The notes under the pieces were generated by a model that saw only the letters and a program-made list of their open reading frames with translations, was not told the DNA's origin and searched no databases. The position numbers and the translations under genes are program-made. From positions 1 through 64,000 of the forward strand of contig JAZDJR010000004.1 in NCBI GenBank assembly GCA_043803815.1: a stretch of DNA of 64,000 nt. The letters run 5' to 3'. Position 1 is the stretch's first letter. Each line of letters opens with the position of its first letter. Origin of the DNA: Candidatus Micrarchaeota archaeon. Its GTDB lineage: Archaea; Iainarchaeota; Iainarchaeia; Iainarchaeales; JAGVWC01. Positions 38,580 through 47,976 of this stretch are shown one piece after another.

Positions 38580-41500
38580 CTATTTTTTTCGTGCAATGCT
38601 CGAAGTAATCAATCTTGAAACCGATGCGGGGCCTTCGATGGTTCCCCAGACATCAACCAGCGTATTGTTTTGAGTTGTTTCCGAACCCAAGTACAAAACT
38701 TTGGCTTCGTCTTTTGCCAAAGGAGCCAAAACCAGCACAAAGGAATAGCCGTCGGAAATCTTTTCCGCTTCTTTAACCAAGCCGCTGAATTTCAGTATTT
38801 TTCCGTTAAATTCTGCCGGATTTGAAATAATCGCAGTAAGGTCCGCAACCGGCGCGGTCTGAATGATTTGTTCTTCGGAAAGTTTTCCGTTTGCCGGCGC
38901 CAAAGTTTTTTCGGCAATGACTTTTTCTTTTCCCGATGCATTGGTTCCGACGAGCTGCACCTGAACGGGAGACGCCGAACCCAGCAAGGAATCAAAAAGG
39001 AAAGAAGCGCACGTGCCTTCTTCCGCGGCTTTCCGGTTGACGGCTGTAAGGGGTTTTTGCCCAAGCGAACTGATGGCTTTCAGCTTCAGCGAAGCAAGGT
39101 CATCTTCCGTTCCGCCGAGTTTTATGCAGGCGGCCGCGCTTCCGGTATCATTTGGGGAAGGCACTTGGTCCAGTTCTTTTCCATCCTTAACGAGTTTGAG
39201 TTTCGCATCTTTTTCCGCAGCCGTCAAAAAAAGCCGATCCATAAAACGGTTGTCCACTAAAAGCAAAGCGTCCAGCAAGGTTTGGGGATTTGTTTTTCCA
39301 AACTGGACCTGAACCGGCGCTGTTTCCGCGCTTGGGGCCGCCCAGAAAAAATCCGGATTGCGGGAAACTGCAAACTCAAACTGGCAAGCTGAAAAAACAA
39401 ACCGCTTTCCAACCAGTTTGCTCCAGTCGGCAACAGCGGCCGATGCCGGCTTGAATTCGATTTGCAGGGAATATCCCGTTGAACCCGCGGCCGCGTTTGG
39501 AATCGTGACCAAAGGATTTTGTCCGCCAATCGTAAGGTCGGACTTCGGGGCAATCATCGCCTGCACCACCGGCTTCCACTCGCCGAAAACAAAACCCGCG
39601 CTTTTTTTATCGTCGGAAAAATCCATCAGGGAATTGGTCAAAAGGCTTTGTTCGGCGCTGTTTAATTCGCTTCGGCTAAAACCCGAAAGATAATTTTCTA
39701 AGCGCGAACGCTGTTCTTCCGAATTTTCGGTCAGAACGTTTGAAATCGCCAAACCCAAATCATAGCAGGATTTCGGGTTGTCAACAGGGGAAGCGAACAC
39801 AAACAAACGCCGGTTCGGATTGATGTTTTGGAGCTCTAAAACAACGGGTTGAACCGGTTCCACGATAACCGGTGCCGGCGGCAAAAGGAACCGGCCAAGC
39901 ATTTTATCCTGCTTGTCCAATACCTGCGAAAACGCCAATTGAACCGGCAATCCTTCCGGCTCCAAAGTTTTTTTCGCCAATACAACAAGTTGGGGATTTT
40001 CATCGGTGTTTTTTATTCCAGTAACTTCAAAAGTTGTTTGATGGCCCAAAGCGTTGAGCAATGCGCTTGGCTCAAAAAGCTTGCACGAATCGCCCGCTTT
40101 TGCTTCATCCAAAGTCCATTGTCCCAAAACCAACGATTTTTCCGAAGCCGAACCGCCCAACCGCATGGTCAATATCAAAGGGCCGGCAAACCGGTCAATT
40201 TCAGCCACTTGGCCCACGTTGCTTAAACAAAAAGAAGCCTTAAAATCGGTTGCGGGAATTTTTTCCCATTCCATTTCGGTAGCGGGGTTTTCAATAAACA
40301 AGTCGGCAGTTGAAACAAAAGATTGATTGGGTTCCTGTACCTGCGGCGCGGTTTGCGGTTTGATAACGGTTTCTTCCCCGGTCAAAATCCCGACACCGTC
40401 AAGGTTTCCGACCAAAACGCGAATCCGGATTGGCTTGTCCAAAGAAATTTCAGGCGCATTTAAGCGCTGCACCGAATCCCCGGCTTCTGAAGTAATCGCT
40501 TGGGCATTGTCAAACGGAACAGTAATTGTAACCATGTCGGAACCGTTAAACCGAAAACCGGGGCCAAGGAAAAAAACGGGAGTGTCATTGATAAAACCAA
40601 AAACGGATTTTGCTTTTTCCCACTCAAACCGGTCGGGAGTAAAAGAAATCACTAGCGAATCCGAGGCGATTTTCGCATCCAGGATTAAGGCGGGTTCTAA
40701 CGCGGGCGGCCTTTGCCGGGCGGGAGTTGCAGTGTCGGAAGAAACCCCGGAAACCGCACCAGGTTTTTCATCGGCTTGAATTTGCGAATCGGGTTTTTTC
40801 GAAAGCGACGCGAAAAAATCGGTCAGCGGCTGGAACGTGCCGGAGATTTTGGATTGCAAATCGGTTAAAGAAGAATTATCGGCAGGATTCGCTTCAGAAA
40901 CCGCATCGGCCAAAGGCGTTGCGTTTGAAGCGTCCGATGCAACCGGTTCCGGCGATAACACCAGTTCTGTTTTTCCCTGCGAAACAACCTGCCCTTGGCT
41001 GTCCGTTGTCTGGGCCATTACAAAAACGTTTTGCGGTGCATCGGTTTGGCCTTGCAAATCGCCCGCATAATATGCCGACGCCAAATCTTCGGCGGAAAGT
41101 TCAAAGCAGTTTTCAGTACCAAAAACCGGGTCGCGAAAAACTGTTGAAGGCTGGGTTTCCACAGCCACAATCGGAGACTCGGCAACCGGAACCGGTTGTA
41201 ATGCGGCTGGCTGGGGTGGAACCACTAACGAAACCGTTGTCTGGTTTGGAACAATCGCCGTTGGGTTTGGTGCGGCCGTAGCAGCAGGCGGTACAGGACT
41301 GCTTTGGGAGGGGTTGGCTTCGGCCACACAAACCGTAACCGGTTTTTTCTTTTGCAATAAAACCGTCGAGACCGGTTTTGCATCGGACAAAGAAGGTTTG
41401 TCTTCAAAAACCGTCAAGCGGGACTGCTCCACATGAAACGACTTGGGCGCTCCGGCAAACAATTCCAGCCACGAGCCATCCAAAACCGTTTTGTTGTTCC

Positions 41501-42056
41501 GGCTTTGGTCGCGGATTTCGACTTTGAACTCCAAATCCGAACTCGGGTCGATGGAATAAGGTTTAAGCGTTCCGGTACGGCTGACAAAAAAACCCAAGGC
41601 ATTTTTTCCACCCAATAAAGTCTGGAGATTTTTTTCCGACGCGTTCTGCATTGGAATTTCAATCGAATCATCCGCATTCTCAAGCACGCCGCTTTGAGCA
41701 AAAGACACTATGAGTTGGGGCTTGAAAAACGACTGGCGAGGCCCTACAAATATTTCCTGTTCGCGGTTGTTTTGGCGAATCGAAACGACCTCGTAATACC
41801 CGTTTTTCCAGGAAAAAACACCCGACTTGACGCGGTAAAAAACCCGGATAGGAAAATCGTTCTGCGAAAAAGCGGCCGCATACATAGTATCGGATTCGTC
41901 GGTTGAAAAAATCGGGGACAAGGTCTCGTTCCGGTTATTGCTTACGCTGTACGAAAAATTCTGGAACGGGTCAAACCGAATCGGAACCAAAGTCGGCGCC
42001 AAAACCGAAATGCCAAAGCACACAACCAAAAAAAAGCACAGGCAACCCGTTTTCAT
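38580..42056 (-). CDS. Very large secreted or surface protein, possible C-terminal OB fold
   Basis: 1158 aa; signal peptide; Pro/Ala-rich linkers. Confidence 0.75.
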   Translation of the reverse strand: MKTGCLCFFLVVCFGISVLAPTLVPIRFDPFQNFSYSVSNNRNETLSPIFSTDESDTMYAAAFSQNDFPIRVFYRVKSGVFSWKNGYYEVVSIRQNNREQEIFVGPRQSFFKPQLIVSFAQSGVLENADDSIEIPMQNASEKNLQTLLGGKNALGFFVSRTGTLKPYSIDPSSDLEFKVEIRDQSRNNKTVLDGSWLELFAGAPKSFHVEQSRLTVFEDKPSLSDAKPVSTVLLQKKKPVTVCVAEANPSQSSPVPPAATAAPNPTAIVPNQTTVSLVVPPQPAALQPVPVAESPIVAVETQPSTVFRDPVFGTENCFELSAEDLASAYYAGDLQGQTDAPQNVFVMAQTTDSQGQVVSQGKTELVLSPEPVASDASNATPLADAVSEANPADNSSLTDLQSKISGTFQPLTDFFASLSKKPDSQIQADEKPGAVSGVSSDTATPARQRPPALEPALILDAKIASDSLVISFTPDRFEWEKAKSVFGFINDTPVFFLGPGFRFNGSDMVTITVPFDNAQAITSEAGDSVQRLNAPEISLDKPIRIRVLVGNLDGVGILTGEETVIKPQTAPQVQEPNQSFVSTADLFIENPATEMEWEKIPATDFKASFCLSNVGQVAEIDRFAGPLILTMRLGGSASEKSLVLGQWTLDEAKAGDSCKLFEPSALLNALGHQTTFEVTGIKNTDENPQLVVLAKKTLEPEGLPVQLAFSQVLDKQDKMLGRFLLPPAPVIVEPVQPVVLELQNINPNRRLFVFASPVDNPKSCYDLGLAISNVLTENSEEQRSRLENYLSGFSRSELNSAEQSLLTNSLMDFSDDKKSAGFVFGEWKPVVQAMIAPKSDLTIGGQNPLVTIPNAAAGSTGYSLQIEFKPASAAVADWSKLVGKRFVFSACQFEFAVSRNPDFFWAAPSAETAPVQVQFGKTNPQTLLDALLLVDNRFMDRLFLTAAEKDAKLKLVKDGKELDQVPSPNDTGSAAACIKLGGTEDDLASLKLKAISSLGQKPLTAVNRKAAEEGTCASFLFDSLLGSASPVQVQLVGTNASGKEKVIAEKTLAPANGKLSEEQIIQTAPVADLTAIISNPAEFNGKILKFSGLVKEAEKISDGYSFVLVLAPLAKDEAKVLYLGSETTQNNTLVDVWGTIEGPASVSRLITSSIARKK

Positions 42057-42499
42057 GACAGGTCACTTTCCTTTATCGTCGGAAAATCAAAAACAATGTC
42101 GGGCGAATTCCCAAGCGCAATCCGAAACGAATAATTTTTTTCCGTAGCTACAACCGGCACGTGAAAAAACCAGTCGGTTTGGTTATCCGCGGTTTTTTGC
42201 ACGATTGAAATATTTTCCGCTGCCGCGACCGGCTTTTGCGATGCATCACCGGTTTCAAAAAAAACCATGCGGTCACGCAAAAAAAGCATTTTTTGCTCGT
42301 ACGTAGTACCCGCGTCGCTTCCTAATGCATCCAGTTGCCGGGTTGAAAAGCCGAACTCGAAAGCGCCGGTTTTTTGCACGGGTTCATTGGTACCCAAAAA
42401 AGAAAAAACCGAGGACAAAAAAAGGCTCGCGGCAAACAAAACCGCAACAAAGCCGAACAGCAATAACAATCGCTTCCAACGCGGGTCCATCATAACCAA
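42053..42499 (-). CDS. Membrane-anchored hypothetical protein
   Basis: N-terminal TM helix; ATGA overlap with the next gene. Confidence 0.65.
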   Translation of the reverse strand: MVMMDPRWKRLLLLFGFVAVLFAASLFLSSVFSFLGTNEPVQKTGAFEFGFSTRQLDALGSDAGTTYEQKMLFLRDRMVFFETGDASQKPVAAAENISIVQKTADNQTDWFFHVPVVATEKNYSFRIALGNSPDIVFDFPTIKESDLS

Positions 42500-42588
42500 A
42501 ATACAGGCAAAACCCGTTTAAAAGCATTCAGGGGTAATCGGCCCAGATATAGGAAAGTGGTTTAAATTGTTCCTCAAAAAGGTAAATC

Positions 42589-42897
42589 ATGCCGATTGAA
42601 AGCCATGTCGCGGAAATCAAAAAAAACTGCAAAATGTGCAACACTTATCGCCTTCGAAAACCCGGGGATTTGAGCGCCAAAACCCAGGTCCAAAAAGACC
42701 TGTTCGAACTTCAGACCCGATTTTCCAACCGCCAGCAATTCCTGCGCCGAACCGAAGATGCCAATGCCAATCAAAGCCAAATGGCGCAAGACAACCGTTT
42801 TTATTGCCGCGACTTAATCGACGAATGCAAGGCCTGCGACCGAAGCGTGGACGCCATTAACCGCAAAATAGGAAAACTCAAACCGCTTTCGGAATAA
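42589..42897 (+). CDS. Hypothetical protein with two CxxC motifs
   Basis: CKMC and CKAC; RBS and TTTAAA upstream. Confidence 0.6.
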   Translation: MPIESHVAEIKKNCKMCNTYRLRKPGDLSAKTQVQKDLFELQTRFSNRQQFLRRTEDANANQSQMAQDNRFYCRDLIDECKACDRSVDAINRKIGKLKPLSE

Positions 42898-43025
42898 AAA
42901 AAGTAAAAAAGTCTAAGTTTCAGTCCGCTATAAAAAAATAAAATCACGATTTAACACAATTTTTTTGCAACGCTAATTTTATTTCGGCTTTAAAAAAATA
43001 AAAAAAAGAAAAAGGGCGGGAGATT

Positions 43026-43778
43026 TTACCCCCCGACATCAATCATAGAGTCCACGTGAACCTTTCCGTCATTTCCAATGCTGATAGCGGCATTGTTTGG
43101 AATGCTAAGGCCGACATCGACAACGCCGTCCGCAGTCATTCCGACTTTGGTCGAAGTAAAAACCGTTCCGCCGGAAATTTTTATGCGGTCGCTGCCTTGC
43201 GACTGAATGTCAACGCCGTTTCGGCTTTCCATGTTAATTACGGGAGCCATGACGTATTCGCCGTTGCCCGTGACATGCAATGATTCGCTTGCCAAAACGT
43301 CAAAAGACGCACTTGCGATTTCACCGCTCTTAGCTTCAAAATTATTGACGATTTTGATTTCTCCCGACGGCAATTTGGTGCCGTGCGTTCCTGCACCATC
43401 GGTTACCTGCACGTTTGAAACCATGAGTCTTACCTGGTCATAGTTTCCATGCTTTAATTGCACATCCGCCAAGACCGCGCTTTGGCCGCTGTTTTTGAGT
43501 TCCAATAAACTCACGGTTTTGGAAGAAGTGGAAACCGTTATCCAGCCCTGTGTTTGGCTGTGAACGCTGACCGAATCAACGGTCCATTTTATTTCGCTGA
43601 TTGAACCCATGTCCGCGGTCGCATCGGTCATTGAAAAAACCGCGCGTCCCGAACCCGAATTTGCCGGCGGTGCTGTCGTTCCCGAATTGGGGCCGAGGCA
43701 ACCCGCCATTACAACAACTAAAACCAGAGCTAAAACCAAAAACAGGCCGCCGGTTTTTTTATTTAAATTTTCTTGCAC
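43026..43778 (-). CDS. DUF4382-like lipoprotein
   Basis: Lipobox-like AGC, TDA, LLEL, G.Y.Q.RL and KLPSG motifs; GTG start after AGGAGGT. Confidence 0.78.
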   Translation of the reverse strand: MQENLNKKTGGLFLVLALVLVVVMAGCLGPNSGTTAPPANSGSGRAVFSMTDATADMGSISEIKWTVDSVSVHSQTQGWITVSTSSKTVSLLELKNSGQSAVLADVQLKHGNYDQVRLMVSNVQVTDGAGTHGTKLPSGEIKIVNNFEAKSGEIASASFDVLASESLHVTGNGEYVMAPVINMESRNGVDIQSQGSDRIKISGGTVFTSTKVGMTADGVVDVGLSIPNNAAISIGNDGKVHVDSMIDVGG

Positions 43779-43864
43779 AAGATACCTCCTTGCTACGGCA
43801 ACAATAAGCGTGTAACGCCTTATAACAGCGCGTAGTAAAATCGCGGCAACACCCCAAACCAAGG

Positions 43865-43901
43865 GTGAACTACCCGCCCCTAAAGGGGCAGGCGTCCCTT
43901 C
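43865..43901 (-). mobile_element. Orphan IS200/IS605 (TnpB-type) right-end hairpin
   Basis: Minus strand GAAGGGACG-CCTGCCCC-TTTA-GGGGCGGG-TAGTTCAC. Confidence 0.65.
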
Positions 43902-44008
43902 AACTGCACGACCTAAATAAGCCTCCGAATCGAAACGACAAGTAAAGTGCCTGAAAAACCCGTTTCATACAATATCGCATTTTTAATGATTTAGAACCCA
44001 ATTCTGAA

Positions 44009-44659
44009 ATGATAATCGCGGGCGTTGACGAAGCCGGACGCGGACCCGTACTCGGACCCATGGTCCTTGCGGTCTGCACAATCGACAAGAACCGCGAAGA
44101 AGAACTAATCGAACTTGGGGTCAAGGACTCCAAACAATTAACTCAAGCCGAGCGCGAACGCCAGTTTCCAAAAATCAAGGAAATCGCGGCCGAATTTTTG
44201 ACCTGCCACATTCATCCGGCCGAACTTGACAAACTGATGAACCGAAAATCGCTGAACGAAATCGAAGCCATGAAAATCGGTTTTTTGCTCAACAGCCTCA
44301 AAACCAAGCCCGAACTCGTCATCATCGATTCTCCCGACACGATTGCCGAAAACTTCGGAAAACGAATCCAAAAATACCTTAACTTTGAAACCAAACTCAA
44401 GTGCGAACACAAAGCCGACGTCAATTACCCGATTGTTTCCGCGGCAAGCGTCCTTGCCAAAGTCGAACGCGATTTGGAAATTAAAAAACTCTCCGCAATC
44501 CACGGAAAAATCGGTTCCGGCTATTCCCACGACCCCGACACGAGAAAATTCTTGGAAGAATACATCCAAAAAAACGAATTCCCGCCCGAATTTTGCCGCA
44601 AACAATGGATGACCACCCAAAACATGCTCGACGCCAAAAAACAGCAAAAACTTTTCTAA
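44009..44659 (+). CDS. rnhB: Ribonuclease HII
   Basis: GVDEAGRGP..GP, DSK.L, VSAAS..AKV.RD and GSGY motifs; PIP-like QQKLF. Confidence 0.96.
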   Translation: MIIAGVDEAGRGPVLGPMVLAVCTIDKNREEELIELGVKDSKQLTQAERERQFPKIKEIAAEFLTCHIHPAELDKLMNRKSLNEIEAMKIGFLLNSLKTKPELVIIDSPDTIAENFGKRIQKYLNFETKLKCEHKADVNYPIVSAASVLAKVERDLEIKKLSAIHGKIGSGYSHDPDTRKFLEEYIQKNEFPPEFCRKQWMTTQNMLDAKKQQKLF

Positions 44660-44706
44660 AAAAACAAAACAAAAACTTAAATAGTTAAAATTGCAAGGTA
44701 GTATCT

Positions 44707-45090
44707 ATGGCCGGAACAATTGAAACAAACGATACTTTGCAAATCACTTCCGAACAGGGATTTCCAAAAGAACTGAATTATGAAAAGCACCGGAAAAAAC
44801 CGTTTACTGCGGATGATTTGAAGGGAAAAATATTTGAATTCAAAAACAAACCCAAAGTCCGGGTCTACCAACCCCCGCCCGTCCGCAACTTTCTTGTGCA
44901 CAACATCGACGGCAAATGGCTGTATTGGGGGCTCGTACACGTTTTAGAAGTCAACCAAAACCTCAAGGACCAAATCACGTCCGGAAAATTCAAAATTATT
45001 TACATTTACACTCCTGACGAAATGAAGCAAGCCCACCAATTAATAGACCGAAATTTACACACGGATTATTTCGGCGTTATGAAAAAGTGA
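44707..45090 (+). CDS. Conserved-looking hypothetical protein
   Basis: 127-aa ORF. Confidence 0.65.
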   Translation: MAGTIETNDTLQITSEQGFPKELNYEKHRKKPFTADDLKGKIFEFKNKPKVRVYQPPPVRNFLVHNIDGKWLYWGLVHVLEVNQNLKDQITSGKFKIIYIYTPDEMKQAHQLIDRNLHTDYFGVMKK

Positions 45091-45091
45091 A

Positions 45092-45190
45092 ATAGGGGGC
45101 TTCGCCCCCTATGACCCCCCTGTGCGCCTCGCTTCCTCGCCAACCCCTACGCCTCTGAGGCTTCGGGGTTGTCGCATTCCCGCTCGGCAC
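45092..45190. repeat. REP-like GC-rich hairpin cluster
   Basis: ATAGGGGGC-TTC-GCCCCCTAT plus nested hairpins (caacccc...ggggttg). Confidence 0.6.
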
Positions 45191-45218
45191 CGACGCTAAA
45201 AAAACTATTTTTGAAAAA

Positions 45219-45292
45219 ATAATTGCGGCCACTCATCTGCGGGTCTTCCGCAACGGCTTCAGACCACGCAGTATTCCCGGCCGCATGATAAA
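45219..45292. repeat. 74-nt structured repeat, copy A
   Basis: Similar to 52971-53043; long imperfect hairpin. Confidence 0.8.
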
Positions 45293-45364
45293 TTATCGTC
45301 TTTCAGAATAAGTATTTAAATAGAGCCACCCCCTGTTCTGATATTGGATAATTAATTGAGATTT

Positions 45365-47014
45365 ATGGATTCGAAGATACTGCGAGTCGTGCTGTCAAAA
45401 GAACAGCAATCCATTTCGGAGTTGATTAAGTCGAGCGTCCGCTCAACATACGCGTGTTATTCGCTCGTGCGCCGTCTCGCAAAACTGGGCATCGTCTCGT
45501 TCGAAAAAGGCCAAATTGTTTTGCAAAAATCGCCGCTGATGCTGGCTTTACGCGAATTGTCATTTTCAGGTTTTGGAACCGAACTCCTTGAAGGACGCCG
45601 CCTCGATGCGCTCACGGTGCTTTTGGAACCCAAAACCAAGGAAGAACTCGGAAAGGAACTCGGCTTGTCATTTTCCCAAACCCACAAACTCGTCACCCGC
45701 CTTTCCCAATTTCTCACCAAAATAGAAAACAAATACCAAGTCGCGCAAACCGCAAGCCAACTGCGCAAATTTCTTTTGCACTTAAAAGCCTCGACAGACC
45801 AAGGCTATGTTTTCCAAAAAAAAAGCCTCAAGCTTTTGCGATTGCCCCGCGAAATCCCGTTCGAAGGCACGCTCACCGGCTTCTCCCGCTTTAGCGACTA
45901 CGGCGTGGACGTCGGAACCTCGGAAAACTTCATTGTCCAGCCCGCCCAAAATCTCTCCATCGAACAGGTACTGGTTCACGCTCTCAAATTCGCCCAAAAC
46001 GCCAACGACACCGTCCTTTGCATTATCTTCTATTTGCACAACAAGCCCAAAATCTCGGTCGAACAAATCGAAAAACATGTCCAAACCGTAGACGCAATCG
46101 ACCAATGGCAGGACCTTGTGGCCTGGCTTGAAGACCAGCCCCTGAAAAACCCCGGAATGTTTTTGCCCAAAAACGAAGTCCGCGAAAAAGCCGAAATTTA
46201 CCACGTCCAGCTTCCAACCCGCTACCGGCTCAACGACACCCAAGCCCTATTCGACCAAATTTCCCAAAAACTGTTCGCCAAAACCAACGTATACCAAATA
46301 GGCGGAGGCGCACTCCTGCACTACGGATACAAGCAAAGCACCAAAGACATCGATATCGTCGTCCAATCACCCCCCGAGGCCGTGCGACTCGTCGAAACGC
46401 TTCACGAACTAGGCTTTGCTCCTGTCGCACGCAAGGAACGCCAATACGAGCAACTCGAAACCGCTTACATGCTCGAAAAAACCGGTTATCCCCGCATCGA
46501 CCTGTTCGTCAAAACAATCTGCAACTGTCTCGAATACAGCCCAAAAATGGTTTCCCGCAGCGCAAAACTGCTTGACACCAACCTCCAGCTCTACAACGCG
46601 AGCGTGGAAGACATCTTTTTGCTCAAAAGCGTTTCCTCGCGCGACTCCGATCTCATTGACAACCAAACCATCCTCCGCCGACAAAGCCTCGACTGGAAAA
46701 CCATCGAAAACGAGGTTAAGGCACAGGAAAAAAACCTCAAGCAAATCAACGAACTCACGATTCTCGAACATCTTGAAACCCTCGAAAAAACCGTTCCTAC
46801 CCAAATTCCATTCGTCAAAAAACTCACCCAAATCGTCCTAGAAAAAAGCATTCTCCACCTCGGTCAGCAACCCCGAACCGTAGCCGACTTCCGCACAAAA
46901 CTTGATTTTCCCGAATACACGATTCGCAATACGCTCAATCGCCTCGTCAAAGAAAAAAAAATAATCAAAAAAACAAAAAACCGAAAAGTTTTCTACCAAA
47001 CAAAAGGGGCTTAA
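45365..47014 (+). CDS. Fused wHTH-nucleotidyltransferase (DUF6036/AbiE-like) protein
   Basis: N-terminal wHTHs, IGGGAL......TKDID, K..S.R..D..D, C-terminal wHTH. Confidence 0.75.
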   Translation: MDSKILRVVLSKEQQSISELIKSSVRSTYACYSLVRRLAKLGIVSFEKGQIVLQKSPLMLALRELSFSGFGTELLEGRRLDALTVLLEPKTKEELGKELGLSFSQTHKLVTRLSQFLTKIENKYQVAQTASQLRKFLLHLKASTDQGYVFQKKSLKLLRLPREIPFEGTLTGFSRFSDYGVDVGTSENFIVQPAQNLSIEQVLVHALKFAQNANDTVLCIIFYLHNKPKISVEQIEKHVQTVDAIDQWQDLVAWLEDQPLKNPGMFLPKNEVREKAEIYHVQLPTRYRLNDTQALFDQISQKLFAKTNVYQIGGGALLHYGYKQSTKDIDIVVQSPPEAVRLVETLHELGFAPVARKERQYEQLETAYMLEKTGYPRIDLFVKTICNCLEYSPKMVSRSAKLLDTNLQLYNASVEDIFLLKSVSSRDSDLIDNQTILRRQSLDWKTIENEVKAQEKNLKQINELTILEHLETLEKTVPTQIPFVKKLTQIVLEKSILHLGQQPRTVADFRTKLDFPEYTIRNTLNRLVKEKKIIKKTKNRKVFYQTKGA

Positions 47015-47156
47015 CAATAATGAAGTAGGGGCAAATGACGTAAATAATTGAACAAAATAAACGTCTTTTGCATCCCTTGCACCTATGGGGTGGAAGCATC
47101 GTTCCATGCATGGAACAAGGCAGCAAACAGCCGTCAAATGTCCAAAAAAACGGTTT

Positions 47157-47246
47157 TTATTGCAGATGCGTCTGCGGTCCTTTATCCAAAAAACTATCGT
47201 CAAACGAAGCGGTCTGCTCCGCAAGTTCCGCGCCGATTTTTTTGGC
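47157..47246 (-). repeat. Displaced, diverged copy of the scpB 3' end (AKKIGAELAEQTASFDDSFLDKGPQTHLQ*)
   Basis: 24-nt perfect match, 47223-47246 = 48046-48069, then codon-conserving divergence. Confidence 0.88.
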
Positions 47247-47278
47247 TTTATCCCAAATGGAAACCGGCGGCTGCGGAT

Positions 47279-47593
47279 TCAAATTATCCGAACGCCGCTT
47301 TGAATGGCTGTCGAGACGATTCCGATGTGTTTTTGCTTGGCTAAAAATTCTTTTGGCGTATAACACAAAAAATCCGCGGAAAAAAACGATTTGGTTTTGC
47401 GAATCACCAGCGGAATGCGCTCCAAAAAACCGATTTTTTCAAAATCCCTTGAAACAATCAAAAAATCGTAATCGCTGTCATTCAGATGGGTTTGACCGGC
47501 CCGCGAACCGAACAAAATCAGGCGCTCGACCGAAAAGTTTTTTTGAAGCCTTTTGGCAAACGATGCCACTATTTTATCCTTGATTTGACCCAT
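47279..47593 (-). CDS. MNT antitoxin
   Basis: LFGSRAG.....SDYDFLIVS; YTPKEF. Confidence 0.9.
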   Translation of the reverse strand: MGQIKDKIVASFAKRLQKNFSVERLILFGSRAGQTHLNDSDYDFLIVSRDFEKIGFLERIPLVIRKTKSFFSADFLCYTPKEFLAKQKHIGIVSTAIQSGVRII

Positions 47594-47958
47594 TCCACCA
47601 CCCGATTGGCCAGCACTATTTTTTGCTGCGCTTTTTTGGAATCATAAATGTCCGCCGGAACCGCGTTTGCCGCATCCGGATAGCGTGAAATGATAAAATC
47701 GGGCGTCAAATCAATCAGCGCTTCAAAAACTTCCTTAGGCAATTTCATATTTTTGGCCAACGCAAGCAAATTATGCATTTTAACATTTTCACGCAAATGC
47801 TCGAGCCCATACGCCTTTAACGCTTTTTCGGAGGCCTGCTGGCATAAAAAAGCGCATACAAAATAATGTCCCATTTTGGAATTGTCGCGGGCCGCGTTCA
47901 GGTCCAGTTCGCTTTGCCTCAACCAATTACTTGCATCTTCACGCATACTAAAGAACAC
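47569..47958 (-). CDS. HEPN domain protein
   Basis: W..Q...DL..A, F..QQA.EKALKA, HNL and SRYPD motifs. Confidence 0.9.
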   Translation of the reverse strand: MFFSMREDASNWLRQSELDLNAARDNSKMGHYFVCAFLCQQASEKALKAYGLEHLRENVKMHNLLALAKNMKLPKEVFEALIDLTPDFIISRYPDAANAVPADIYDSKKAQQKIVLANRVVEWVKSRIK

Positions 47959-47976
47959 CGAAAATTCAATAAAAAA

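Noticed and set aside
45125-45200. TCCTCGC resembling the L3 loop of an HDV-like ribozyme
   Set aside because: No P3 pairing or nested double pseudoknot could be built.
47101-47116. Perfect 16-bp palindrome gttccatgcatggaac
   Set aside because: Single copy between convergent genes with no assignable function.
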